Below the pieces are notes generated by a model. It did not search any database, was not told where the DNA came from, and saw only the letters and a list, made by a program, of their open reading frames with translations. From Eledone cirrhosa (lineage: Eukaryota): a stretch of 64,000 bases of DNA. The stretch spans positions 240,064,001 to 240,128,000 of the forward strand of contig OZ024743.1 of NCBI GenBank assembly GCA_964016885.1, in the 5' to 3' direction. Each line of letters begins with the position of its first letter. The stretch's first letter is position 1. A program made the translations under genes and the position numbers. Positions 25,901-41,763 of the stretch are shown here, one piece after another.

Positions 25901-26982
25901 TTAAAATCTCCAAGAATGAACATTTTGTCTGCTGCAGGCACATTCCAGACAAGAGACCTTAATTCGTCATAAAAAGCCTGCTTTGCTTCATCAATGCATT
26001 GCATAGATGGTGCATAAGCACCAATCACAGTTGCATATCTTCCACCCTCTAGAGGAACTCTCACAGTGATCAGTCTGTCACTAACGCCTGTCGGCAGCTC
26101 CTGAAGATGGTTTGTTATAACTGTTTTTATGGCAAAAGCGACACCAGCTTCCCTCCTCCCCTCCTTCCTTCCCCTCCAGAAAAACGTATATTCACCGGAT
26201 TTCTCTGTCAAATGGCCCTCACAATGAAATCGAGTTTCCGAGAGGGCCACAAGATCTATATCATAACGCCTGAGCTCCTTGACAACCAATGCCGATCTTA
26301 TTTAAGGTCGCTGTACATTTGTTTCAACATCAAGCAAAGTACGCATATTCCAGCACCCACAATTGAGTAGTTTGCACACAGTAGACCGATGACGACCGGG
26401 CCCAGGCAGCGGCACCCTGGGACACCTGCCGGGCCAGACCCTTTCACATGATGCTCATCCAGAGCCCTTATTGCCGTTTACTTCAATTGTGTTAGGTACC
26501 TTCATTGTAATTTAGTTTGCCTTTTTAGGCTACGGCCAGCCAGAGTTCCACATCAAGATGACAAGTGCAGAGAGATCTCCAGATATAAAGCAATAGCTGT
26601 GCCGTGAAGCTTTTATAGTGATAAAGGCACTGCACAAAGCCAGTCCCACTCTCTTAACCAAGATGATATTTACCAAAAAAAAGAACAAGTCAACATCATT
26701 GGATACCATCAGAGTTGCAGGTGTTATATCAGAGTTTTCCTTCTAGAATTCTGCCTTGGCAAAGGCTAAGGGGTCATCTCTCCCGGTGATTTTGTATGGC
26801 CATTGACTCTTAAGAGTTCCTTTACCCTTTGACAGGTTTTGTTTTTAGTCCTGCAGGATGTCCAAAGTCACCCTCCTCACCAAGAAACCTTGGTGGGTTG
26901 CCAGTTTAGTCGCCAACGACCCGACCATGGGACAGGTTGTACTGGGATACATGTTACCAGTAGCTCCAACTGGTGACCTGAC
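22959..26982 (-). mobile_element. Near full-length RTE/BovB-type LINE
   Basis: 5' UTR, APE, RT, C2H2 fingers, short 3' UTR with CTCGAAAACGAG hairpin. Both ends abut TA-rich microsatellite. Confidence 0.93.
23018..26400 (-). pseudogene. Disrupted RTE APE-RT polyprotein with three C-terminal C2H2-like fingers
   Basis: GCWNMRTL, ALSETR, GDFNARVG, IDYVL, TDH; NYRGISLL, FVDLTKAFDTV, GVKQG, LFADD, FVYLGS; CETC...H...H. Several stops and frameshifts. Confidence 0.92.
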
Positions 26983-26996
26983 ACACATATATATAT

Positions 26997-27072
<76 letters not shown>

Positions 27073-27181
27073 TTTATATATACATATACATATATATACA
27101 TATACAATTATACATACATACATTTACATATACATATACATATGTATACATATATATATATACATACATATATATATATAC

Positions 27182-27220
<39 letters not shown>

Positions 27221-27426
27221 TAAATATATATATATATATAATTAATACAATAACAGAGATAGTTTAAAGCTAAACTCTGACTGGTAACCATCTCACTCAA
27301 CAAACATTAGGTTATATTAAAATATAAACCCAATTTAAGTGTTTGGGGTGCTAACAATATGTATACTGTGGAAAAACCAGTTGTATTATTTTATGAGATA
27401 TAATTAAAGTTAAAGTATATCTCTCT

Positions 27427-27552
27427 TTCCAAACAATTGTTTCATTATAAGTTTTCTACAAGTTTGGGAGAATGTTTCCAGTTTATGTAGAAGCCTAATA
27501 TATATTCATGTAAGAATATATTTAGGTGGGCACTTATAAATCATCAGTGGAA
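27427..27552 (-). ncRNA. Type I hammerhead ribozyme with branched stem II
   Basis: Minus strand: TTCCA CTGATGA t TTATAAGT [79 nt] ACTTATAA t GAAA CAATTG TT TGGAA. Confidence 0.8.
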
Positions 27553-28432
27553 GCCCATTAAACATTGATATAAGAAAACAATTTCTTACCGCTGTCAAAA
27601 ATCATGTCCGTAAAGTTGGTCTCTCCCACCTCGAATAGCTGCTAAATTTGAAATTCCAGCAGTTTTTGACTGAGGAAGTATCATAGCGACACGAAGCGGG
27701 AAGGGGAGACAACCCACGAAATGAGGAAAAAAAAAAATAATATACACGCGGGTTAATTTGTTTTTTTGAAAACATTATCAATCCAACGTGTTTAAGAACT
27801 CAATTGAAAATAAAAAAATAAATATATGCTTGTATAAATTACACACGCATATAGATATTTTATTAGGCTAAATCAGAAGTTGTACCCGAATAAGAACCGC
27901 TTCTCATAACCGCAGTAAATGCAGAAAGTTATGCTATAAAGGGCAAATGGGAATATAATTCTCCGGCCGAATTATTAAGAGTAAAATATAAAACACACGC
28001 GGGTTAATTAGTTATTTCAAAACCAATATTAATTCCTCGTGTAAAGAACTCAATTAATAAAAGAAAATAAATACATAGATGCATGTAATTATATACGTAG
28101 GCATATATATATATATTTTCCTAGGCTAAAAAACAGAGAAGTTACAACCAAAAAAAGCCACAATATTTCACAACAATAATAAATACGGAAAGTCAAATTC
28201 ATAAGGTACCTGGAAATAAACACCTCTGGCCATTCAAGAGTAAATATTTAATACAATAATAGAGATAGTTTAAAGCTAAACTCTGACTGGTAACCATCTC
28301 ACTCAACAAACATTAGGTTATATTAAAATATAAACCCAATTTAAGTGTTTGGGGTGCTAACAATATGTATACTGTGGAAAAACCAGTTGTATTATTTTAT
28401 GAGATATAATTAAAGTTAAAGTATATCGCTCT

Positions 28433-28558
28433 TTCCAAACAATTGTTTCATTATAAGTTTTCTACAAGTTTGGGAGAATGTTTCCAGTTTATGTAGAAGC
28501 CTAATATATATTCATGTAAGAATATATTTAGGTGGGCACTTATAAATCATCAGTGGAA
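28433..28558 (-). ncRNA. Type I hammerhead ribozyme (second copy, +1006 bp)
   Basis: Same motif as 27427-27552. Confidence 0.8.
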
Positions 28559-29393
28559 GCCCATTAAACATTGATATAAGAAAACAATTTCTTACCGCTG
28601 TCAAAAATCATGTCCGTAAAGTTGGTCTCTCCCACCTCGAATGACCGCTAAATTTGAAATTCCAGCAGTTTTTGACTGAGGAAGTATCATAGTGACACGA
28701 AGCGGGAAGGGGAGACAACCCACGAAATGGGGAAAAAAAATAATAATATACACGCGGGTTAATTAGTTTTTTTGAAAACATTATCAATCCAACGTGTTAT
28801 ATATATATACCATCAAAATATCTCGATCTCATCCACAGGGCCATCAACACCACAAACAGAACTATACCAATATCATAACTATCATTTCTAGCATCACTAC
28901 ACAATCACTTCAACAATCATAACATATTATCCACTTTTACAATTATAACTAACACATTCGGCATGAACACCACTACACCAACCTCCACCACAACCAGCTT
29001 CCACCACTCGAATGACCTCCACCATCACCAGCACCACCACTATCAACACCACCGCAAACGAAATCACCATCATCATCACCAACAGCAACTCCGTCACACC
29101 AGCCTCCTCCATCATCACCATCAACACCACCACACCAACCTTCACCCCCTCTCTCCATCACAAATAACGTCTACTATTTCTACTATCAAATACATTGTCT
29201 ATCCATACAGTTCTTACATTGTTAGAGATTTATACCTGCGGTGCAGTGAAAGTGGTGGTGGGCCAATAGATATAGTGGGGGGGGAGGGGCAAAATACATA
29301 CATACATACATACATACATACATACATACATACATACATACATACATACATACACACATACGTACATACACACGTACGTACATAGATATATAT

Positions 29394-29999
29394 GGTGGCT
29401 GCCAACTCGTTTTCGAGTACGGCCACTACTTTATATCCATGTAGGAGAACCCCTACCGATGCACTGAACGAGTGTGACTTTTTAGTCCAGCCAGCGACTT
29501 AAACTCTGGTACAAACACTACACTTGTGACAATTATTGACACATAGTGCTGGGGCAATGGTACCCTGTGACGACAAGTGCAGAGAGATCTCCAGATATAA
29601 AGCAATGCCTGTGCCATGAAGCTTTTATAGTGAGCAAAGGCACTGCACAAAGCTAGTCCCACTCTCTTAACCAAGATGATATTTACCAAAAAGAAGAACA
29701 AGTCAACATCATTGGATACCATCAGGGTTGCAGGTGTTATATCAGAGTTTTCCTTCTCCTAGAATTCTGCCTTGACAAAGGCTAAGGGGTCATCCCTCCC
29801 GGTGATTTTGGATGGCCATTGACTCTTAAGAGCTCCTTTGCCCTTTGACAGGTTTTGTTTTTAGTCCTGCAGGATGTCCAAAGTCACCCTCCTCACCAAG
29901 AAACCTTGGTGGGGTTGCCAGTTTAGTCGCCAACGACCCGACCATGAGACAGGTTGTACTGGGATACATGTTACCAATAGCACCCACTGGGGACCCGAC
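29394..29999 (-). mobile_element. Bipartite non-autonomous RTE derivative (copy B)
   Basis: Reverse complement of 22261-22868 with the same CACTTGTCGTC|ACA junction. Flanked by TA/TACA repeats. Confidence 0.9.
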
Positions 30000-30247
30000 A
30001 TACATAGATACATACATATATACGTACGTACTTACATATATACGTACATACATACGTACATACTATCCACATATATATCTATCCAATTATGTATAGATGT
30101 TATTATCTGTGTGTATGTGAGTATGTATTTCAACAAGTATGTGTTGTATGTTAATATGTGTGTATATAAGTTAATTTGGGTGTATGTATGTGTGTATGTA
30201 TATATGTGTGTATGTAAGTTAATTTGTGTGTATCTGTGTATGTATAT

Positions 30248-32220
30248 TATCTCTTTCTCTTAATTTCGAGTATATTTTTTTGACCGGCCACCTTCCTGGT
30301 GGCAAGGTTTTAAAAGAAAAGAAATTGTCATCCCTCGAATCGCAAGAATGTTTTGCAAATTTTGAAGGTGCCAGCTATCGCAGCCATTTGTAGACTATGA
30401 ATTAGGGAGCTGCGCTTTTTGTCCGCAAATCCAAGTTCAGTCATACTTTGGTCCAAGCGTGTTGGTATATAACCCGTAGCTCCAATAATGATGGGTATGA
30501 AGCTAAAGGTGTATCTTGGATACTGGATTTGTAAACTCCTCATTAATGGTCCGTAGATGTCCTACTACTCCTGTATCTTTCTGACAACGTTTACATCAAG
30601 TGGGCAGCTGATCTCCACAACAGAACACGTTTTCAATGTGTGGTCCCAAACAACAATATCAGGCCGGTTGTGCTTTAATTTGGTGGCAGTTTTTATTTTC
30701 AGGTTCCACCATCTGTCAAAATATATTCCACCATCTGTCAAAATATATTCTTCCTCGTTTGTTGTTAATTTTGTTTTCCGAAGTGCGTTCCAGATGGTTC
30801 TAGCTATCCCATCGTGTCTCGTGGGGAGGTAGTAGCGAGATGACATTCTTTCGCAGCTGGCAACAATGTAGCTTACATCCTCGATATTTGTTTTACATAG
30901 CCTACATTTATTGTCAGCTGCTGACCCTCCTCTTTTGTGCAGCAGATATTTGGTAGGGAGTTCTTGTTCCTGTATTGCATAGAGATATCCCTCAAGGTGT
31001 GATGTCATAAACTTGTCGGAACTCCATGCCAGGCTTTTTGAGTGGTTTATCCCCTCTATGGTCTGTGTTTTACATCTCAAGTATCCATGCACAACTTTTT
31101 CTGTAAATTGGCTTTATTCCATATCTCTCCTCCAGATCAGTCGCTATTCTAATGATTTTTTTTTCATGCTCATAAACCTGGGCAAGATGGTTGCCAACCT
31201 TTTTCCTCTGTTGAAGGTGTTGCTTCAGTGTTACTATCCGGGTCTCATATGTTGTTAATATTGATTTTAGACCCCGGCCACTTCCTTGCGTGAGAAGTAT
31301 AGCCTATCCACATCACCATTGATGTTAAAGTTCCCAGTAACACTGAGAAGTTTGCGAGTTCTAACATCCATCTCACTTAGTTCTTGCAATGACCAGTTCA
31401 GCAGGCCAAATGTTGGCGTTAGAATTGGCACAGCATAAGTATTGTGGGCAATGTATTTGTTGTACGCTGACAGTTCTGATGACTATATTTTCTTTACTCT
31501 TCTGAGGTATTCAGTTCTGGTTCTCTCCTTATTTATGGGTCCATCATATCTGACATTCTCATCCTGTCCAAGATATCTGTAGTTGTCACCTGACTGTAGA
31601 GGTTGTATTGTCAAGCCGTTCATCTCTAGATTTCTAGAGGAGGGCACAGCTCTTCCACGTTTTACTGCCAAATATGCACACTTGGACTCACCAAATTTCA
31701 TTTTGATGTCGGTTGAAAATTGTGTAATGAGGTCCAATTGTTTCTTGATGTCATTGATATTTTGCCCATACAACTTCAGGTCATCAACAAATAAAAGATG
31801 GGAGATACTTCTGGACCCACTTCTTTGTCCACTTTGTTTCCTGAGTAGGTAATATAGTGGATTCAGTGAGAGAACAAAGAGTAGCACTGACAAGCTATCA
31901 CCCTGAAAGATGCCCTTCTGGTAATGTATCTTATCAGTCTTAACTTGCTCCTTCTCACCTCTAAGGATCAAATTGGTGCACCAGTTCTTGGTCAGGCGTT
32001 CAACAGCAGCTACCAATGGTTGTGGGACTTTAGCTAACTGTAAAGCCTTAATAATCCACCCATGAGGTACACTATCAAATGCTTTTTGATAGTCCAGCCA
32101 CACCACAGTCATGTTTCTGCGATTCTTTGTTGTTTTTTCCTGAATCATTTTATTAGTTAGTAGGTGATCTATGCAACCCCACACCTCCCTCTTTCCACCA
32201 GCGTGCTCAGGTGTTATTAT
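30248..32220 (-). mobile_element. 5'-truncated R4/Dong-clade retrotransposon (copy 3)
   Basis: RT and RLE near-identical to copy 2, with stops and small deletions. Both junctions lie in TACA-like repeats. Confidence 0.92.
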
Positions 32221-32590
32221 GTATGTATAGATGTATGTATGTATAGATGTATGTATGTATAGATGTATGTATGTATAGATGTATGTATGTATATGCTTCA
32301 GAGGAACAAGTAATAGCTTTAAGTGCCAAAACAATAGCTGAATCCAGCAGTCATGTTATTACAATAGCAATCTCTGAATCTCTCAGCGTAATCGTTATTG
32401 TCATTATTCCAGCCAACAACCACGACAATACGTTGCAGCAATGCCATTGAGATGATCACTACAGACTCATTATCATCGTCTTATTCGTGGCCATCATAAT
32501 CGTCATCAACTTCTGACAACAATAAGTGAATATAGAATATTATATATTTAATGCTAGAGTTGATTTAGACCACTCCGAGTGGTATTAACC

Positions 32591-32699
<109 letters not shown>

Positions 32700-33612
32700 A
32701 GAAAGTGAGGTTTTTTTTACAAAATGAAAAATAACCGAGGTGTCCTACACAAGTGAAAGTATAAAGATTTTAGGTGTATATCCCAGACCGCCTATGGTGA
32801 TAAATCCCTTGGGTATAGGTTTTGGAAAAATAGTGTTATTTCACTTAACGTTCGGAACTGGAACATATCGATGTGGTTCGTAGTGTGCTGATATGATAAG
32901 GAGAATCGACCTGTTACAAGTTCCGAACGTTAAGTGAGATAACACTATTTTTCCAAAACCTATACCCAGGGGATTTATAATTGGAGTACACCATCCCTCA
33001 TATGGACTTTCATACATGTCAGGCTGCACCACTGTTAACCAACTATTCTTCTCACAGACTCATGCTTGCAAACTCTCTTAATCTGCCTGTGCACCCTCTT
33101 TTTGCACTGCTTGTGCTTTTATGTATCTATGCTTTGCTATGTTTTATATTTTGGGGGGTTTTCGGGCTTTTTATTCCTTTATTGTTTTGTATTTTTATAA
33201 TTATCTCTTTTGTTATACCTGTATTTTTGTACTTTTTTATTATTTTTTTATTGTTTCTGATCATGCTGAGTAATACCTTCACTCATCCCTTGCTACCCTC
33301 TCCCAACCTCTTTATCATCTATTGCACCATTTAAGTGATAAATTTTTGGTGTGATTTTTAATTTTTGATGCAATTTTTTACATTTTATGACATTATGTGC
33401 ATCATATATTCTGTCTTTTTCCATATAGCGCTGGCTTCGGGACCCCACTGCTGGTCCTTTAACCTTGTTCTGGTGACGCAGCTCGATGGAGCATGCAACT
33501 ATTGATATACTCTTGTTTATAGGCTCCGATGATTCCTGCCATGGGGTATGGATGAAACACTGTTAGCTAATAAAACAATGTATTTCTAAGCACTCGTTGG
33601 TTATTCCTATAA
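32700..33612 (+). mobile_element. Penelope-like element 3' fragment with short inversion and degenerate hammerhead
   Basis: ER*VR*HYF/FQNLYPRGF resembles the GIY-YIG C-terminal L.P.GLN tail. 32798-32858 is an inverted copy of 32919-32979. GGCT CCGATGA TTCC...GGAT GAAA CACTG TT AGCT at 33522-33568. (TA)n flanks. Confidence 0.55.
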
Positions 33613-33613
33613 C

Positions 33614-33643
<30 letters not shown>

Positions 33644-33644
<1 letters not shown>

Positions 33645-33880
33645 ACAAAGAAGATGTGGTAAGATACCAGTTGGACCATAACGCACCAGAATACTCAATA
33701 CTTAGGGTAGTAGTGTGGGTAATAGGAGAAGAGTCAGGACCACGACTTCTGAGTTACGGCCATTCTAGCTGTTGAAACTGTCGAGGCTCACCCGTCGTGG
33801 TCCTGACTCTTTTCCGATATACATACGTATATATATATATATATATATATATGAAACGAGTCAGGACCCCGACGGCTATA
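33644..33880. mobile_element. Hairpin element, same family as 10152-10380
   Basis: AACAAAGAA..TGTGGTAAGA.ACCAG.TGGACCATAACGCA... followed by AGAGTCAGGACCACGAC...GTCGTGGTCCTGACTCT. Confidence 0.75.
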
Positions 33881-34110
33881 TATATTTGAAAAAAGGAAAA
33901 GAATGACTTCACTTGTAGTTGGTATTCTATAATAATTTAATTTTATAATTTTACTACGTAATTCTAACAAGTCCTTTGTTATTTTCGGTGGAAAGCTTTT
34001 CTTAAAAATCCTGGTTAACTTCCTAACTTCCTGGGAAACTTTCTCGCATTCATCGGTGGTGATTGTCAAACTGAAGTAATGTTGCAATGACTTGCTGTGT
34101 GCTGTGTGTA

Positions 34111-36355
<2,245 letters not shown>

Positions 36356-36356
36356 G

Positions 36357-36410
<54 letters not shown>

Positions 36411-36420
36411 ATATATATAT

Positions 36421-36982
<562 letters not shown>

Positions 36983-38464
36983 ATAATAACTTGTGTGTTA
37001 CACCTCTATTCTTTTAACTATATATATATATATATATATATATGTTAAGGACATACATGTCTGTATAATGCTCTGTCATTGACATGTTAATTTGATGAGC
37101 AGTCTGCTCTATTGATGGAAAGATTGGCACACTCATCGTCGAAACTAACGGAAGTCTATTTCATTCTATTACTGCATTTTTGTTGCTGTTCCCATTTCTT
37201 ATGAAGCTTGTGTAATTACTATTTTAAAGCAGCAAATGTTTTGCCGGTTTTGTCAACGGTGTCGGCATGGAATATATTTTTGTTATTATTGCTGATACAG
37301 CTGCTACAGTTTTGTTGATATCCTTGCAGTTACTACATATTCTCTTCTATTTTGTCGCTTAATAACTATTGTTTTTGTTGGTGGTGGTTTTGATATTTAC
37401 TCGTGCTGGTTACAGGCAACATATTCTAAAAGGATAAACAAAGCCATACCTATTGCTATACTGTCTCCACATATTTCTTTGTGCTGTTGTCAGCAGAAAT
37501 ATGTATTTTGATTTCAACAATGGTTATCACAAAGAAAAGACATTTGTATATCTCCAACAGAAACCTAGCTAATTCTTGAAATTGTTGTACTTAAACAAAA
37601 ATACAACATTCCTCCCTTAAGATATATTTGTTCTGAATGTAGCGACTATATCAACTCATTTGATATTTCTCGTTAGACAGATATACTACCAGTTGACGAT
37701 TGTTCACGCCAGCCTCTATCTAAACCCGCTCATCTAATCTCTGTACTGGGAGTAACGTGTTCAGTTTCTAGTAATTGAATCACGGTTTGTGTCCCCTCTA
37801 ACTTGACAGTGCAGGTCACAAAATTATAATCTAACAAAAAGAGTAATGAGACACAATCTGGTTTACCTGTTATAGTTTATCTAAATCAACATTTGCACAT
37901 TCAGAAATTCAAGTTGATAGCTACCATAAAATTGGAGCATGAATTGTCTGGATAGATTCCAGATGTCAATGACCCAACCTCGATTTGCCCATATCCCAGT
38001 AGACGTGTTTGGTCAAAGTGATAAAACGCGGAAACGGGTGTGGCATGAATGGTGAGCACATTTGTTCACCGTCGTTATCGTCGAGAGGACTCTGTAAATA
38101 TACTAGCTTCGAGGTTTCACCAGCGACGGTATCTTGAATTTTCCATTGTAGTAATTGTCAATAGCTAATGGATCTTCTGATCAACAGACTCAAAACATCC
38201 TATACACCAGTATGATATACCTTTCCAGGGACAGTCAGGCGGTAGTACATCACAGAAACATGAGCAACGTCCGGTCGACCTTTTAGGTATAGCTTCCTCC
38301 AAGCCTATTTAAGATTTAATCACGCCACTTTGACCTTGACCTCTTTTCAGTTTTTATCCATTTGGAGATCTGATCCAAATCAGATACATGACCATGGAAC
38401 TCTCGGCCCAGAGACAGAAGTCACCATCCTACATGGATACTGGTGCCATTTATCATCCACAATA

Positions 38465-38560
38465 TTAGCGGACAGATTACAAGAATAGCGGTGACAGACA
38501 GATTAGCGGTGACGTGGACAGATTAGCGGTGACGTGGACAGATTACAAGAATAGCGGTGA
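38465..38560. repeat. Short minisatellite (GACAGATTACAAGAATAGCGGT / GACAGATTAGCGGTGACGTG)
   Basis: Four to five degenerate units visible. Confidence 0.7.
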
Positions 38561-39029
38561 TTTACATAAACATTGAGAACTGAGAAAGAAAATATACACA
38601 ATATACATTTTTGTCTCACTAATAAGACGTTTTTAGATGGATTCCCGACTGAAAATTTTAAGAAGCTACCACAGACTGAATGTGTTATGTATTTAATTAG
38701 TCGACATCGTGAATGTATAGGGCAAGGGATATCCGTTTGCCACCTTAATGTGATAGAATCATCAACTCATGCCAACACTATTGTATCCTCAGTATGATCG
38801 CATAACATGCTGGAAACAACAGGCGAATTCACTCAAACCACACTCTACATTCTTTAAAAAATGTGAGGATATTGTGCCTTACGTAGTCCTTAGAGACAAT
38901 ATGCAGAGAAAAGAAAGATGAATGGCATGGGAGGAATGGCTTTGATCACATTTCTACTGAATCAAGTAGGACTCTGGCCAGATCAGCAATTATTATATCT
39001 TGTACCTGATCTGAGTTCTTGTACCTTGA

Positions 39030-39150
39030 TCTGAGCTCAAATCCCGCCGAGATTAACTTTGCCTTTCGTCCTTACGGGGTCGATGAAATAAAGTACCAGT
39101 AATGTACTGGGTAATTGCTGGCCTTGTGCCAAAAGTAGAAACAATTATAT
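39030..39150 (+). mobile_element. 5'-truncated SINE (family of 9888-10082)
   Basis: GAGCTCAAATCCCGCCGAG...GGGGTCGATGAAATAAAGTACCAG...CAAAAGTAGAAACAATTAT. Confidence 0.75.
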
Positions 39151-39298
39151 CTTGTACCATCCATCTGACCTAAAGGATTTTCTGTCAGCTTTGAACGTGT
39201 AAGCAGCTAAATACACAGCAGACATTTGTACTGTCTACTCGTAATGGAATTCTCACACAGAATCGGTGTGGCACGATGTGGAAAGATTTGGTCTCTGA

Positions 39299-39371
<73 letters not shown>

Positions 39372-39984
39372 GGGTAAAAAGAGAAAAAGAGAAGGGAAGA
39401 ATGAGATTGGGAGAGAGTAGTAAAGAGAGAGTGGGGAGTGAGAGTGGGAGAGATAGTAGTAGTAGAGAGAGAGAGAGTGAGAGAAAGTGACTCGGAGAGA
39501 AAAACAGAGAGACAAGGACGAATCATGTGGTCATTCGAACTGCTAGAAATTGCAGCGAAATCTTCCTTACATGATGCCCTAACCTATTACAAAAGAAGAT
39601 CAATCTGTATAATATAGATTTGCGTGCACAATGTCCGTAAATTTGACAGGATAATCATGGCTGGAATCAGTTTATCATAAGTCTGCTCCATTAGTGTTGA
39701 CTTGGGACTACAGAGCATCATCAACATCAACAACACCATCCAAGTGCATGTCAGGCCATGGGTCCTTATCTCTTGGACATTTAAACCTAGCGAAACACAT
39801 TCCGCTCGAGATCTGAAATCAGTTGATTTTTTCCGGAAAGAAAATTAGAGGGGATAGGAAATAGAGATAGACGAAAAATCAATCTCAGTAGTAGACATTA
39901 TATATCGTACTAGAAATGATGAAAGTTGACATTGACCATGTAGGATTTGAACGCAAAGCGCAGAGAGCCGGATCAAATAATACG

Positions 39985-40058
39985 GGTTCGATAAAATAAA
40001 GTACCAGTAATACACTGGGCTAATTGCTGGCCTTGTGCCAAAAGTAGAAACAATTATG
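39985..40058 (+). mobile_element. SINE 3' fragment (same family)
   Basis: TCGATAAAATAAAGTACCAGTAATACACTGGG...AGTAGAAACAATTAT. Confidence 0.7.
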
Positions 40059-40060
40059 TA

Positions 40061-41106
40061 TCTATATATATAATGTTGTAGTTCCTGTCTGTGTGTTTGT
40101 TTGTTCACAAACTCCTCCTATGGTTTTGGAGATAGACCCCCATAACCATATATATTCTAAAACTATATTGCCCAGGGTACTTGGATAAGTATATTTCATT
40201 TTAATCAAAGGGTTCCCCAGGGGCACAAACCCCCGCTGAAAATGTTTTCCTTTCGATTTATAAGAAATTTAAACCATAGGTAAATGACAAAATATGATGC
40301 CTATTCACAAAATTTCAGCAAATTTCAATAATATTAAGACCCCCTATGGGGGTTAAACCCCCTATAATGAAATGAAAATGTTGGCCAATAAATGGAACAA
40401 AGATGTGTTGTAACAAGATTGCATGAGAACTTGATTGAAGCAACCATTATATTCGGGGCTTACAAATGTCAAGCTCTTCTCATTCCGAAGATTCCTTCCA
40501 CTTATACCAAGTGATAGCTAGTTGCGTTTTACATTTAAGAGGCTGCAGTTCCCAGTGAGGCTATGCTTTGACATAAGCATCAATAAGAGTCAAGGTCAAA
40601 CTTTCAAAACTATTGGTATAGATCTGACAAACCCATGTTTCAGTCATGGCATGTTTTATGTGGCTGTTTCAAGGACTGGAACTTCAAAAAATCTCTACAT
40701 TTTAGCCAATCAAGAAATTCTGTTTATCCTGAAGTTCTGCATTAGGACAAAGTATGAAATATATTTTCATGTATTTATTACGTTAAAAAATAAATAATTA
40801 AACTTGGAATTTCCAATTTGAAAATAATGTTTTACACAAAAATGAAATGATCAAGTTTTGAATTGATATTTTGAAAAAAATTATTTACACGAAACAAAAT
40901 AAGAGTAAGATTTAATAATGTAATTTTGATTTGATATATTACAAAAAATAATGATTTCCAATTTTTCATGCATTACATTTTACATTGAGTAATATTGAAA
41001 TGCAGAGTTTTTCTCCATGAATTATATCAGTGATTTAAAATCAATCATCATTTTCTTACAAAAAATAAATGTGTGAAACGCAGCAAGGCGCGGGTAATTC
41101 GGCTAG
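40061..41106 (+). mobile_element. Internally deleted Helitron with Pif1 helicase C-terminal fragment
   Basis: A|TCTATATATATAA start and CGCAGCAAGGCG...CGGCTAG|T end. KRLQFPVRLCFDISINKSQGQT...CFSHGMFYVAVSR at 40522-40710. Confidence 0.88.
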
Positions 41107-41212
41107 TACATATATATATTTATTTATATAGTTCAAGAAGTGATAAGATGAACGCGGAGAGACAGGAACACAAAGTCTTATAAGTCTCATATTAAAGAGG
41201 AAGTAGAAGAGG

Positions 41213-41248
41213 TTTTGACGTTTCGGACATAAGTCCTTTTTCGGGAAA
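41213..41248 (-). ncRNA. Degenerate minimal hammerhead (Penelope-type)
   Basis: Minus strand: TTTC CCGAAAA a GGAC ttat GTCC GAAA CG TC AAAA. Stem II is perfect, the core is altered. Confidence 0.45.
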
Positions 41249-41665
41249 TGGAGAGTTCGGTGAGAGAGAGATAAGATTAGTACATCGGAGTTCGGAAATA
41301 AATGATTTTAAGAAGGCTGGGAATGGTAGACAAGTAGTCAGAAATTCGGGAGTTGGGGCCGAGGTGGAGCACCCAGGTGTGTCATGGATGTTATGTGTGC
41401 AAATGGAGTGCATTACATGGGTGTGCAATATTGCCTGTGTGTGTGTGTGTGGTTTGTGTATCGTTGATGGAAGTGCGCCTGTGTATGGCTGAATTTTTAA
41501 TGTAATTTTTTGGTGTGCATGCGCGTGTATGTATTTTATTAGTCTTTATGTGTATGTTTATATATGAGTTTGTGTGTATACACGTATGTGTGTCTGATTC
41601 TTGTGTTTTATATATACATATATCAATATATCAATATATATATATATGCGCATGCACAAACACAC

Positions 41666-41763
<98 letters not shown>

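Larger units (their letters stand above)
27243..28797 (-). mobile_element. Non-coding 1006-bp-period partial tandem element (retrozyme-like) with ~550-bp direct repeats
   Basis: 27243-27790 is repeated at 28249-28797. No ORF in the track, TA runs on both sides, and a hammerhead in each repeat. Confidence 0.8.

Noticed and set aside
22959-26982. RTE inserted into a pre-existing 607-bp element, or a TIR-bounded composite transposon
   Set aside because: There is no TSD at the internal junctions, and the RTE reading frame continues into the shared 3' segment.
37040-38330. Repeat-poor stretch as a possible host exon
   Set aside because: No ORF or recognisable motif found. Left unassigned.
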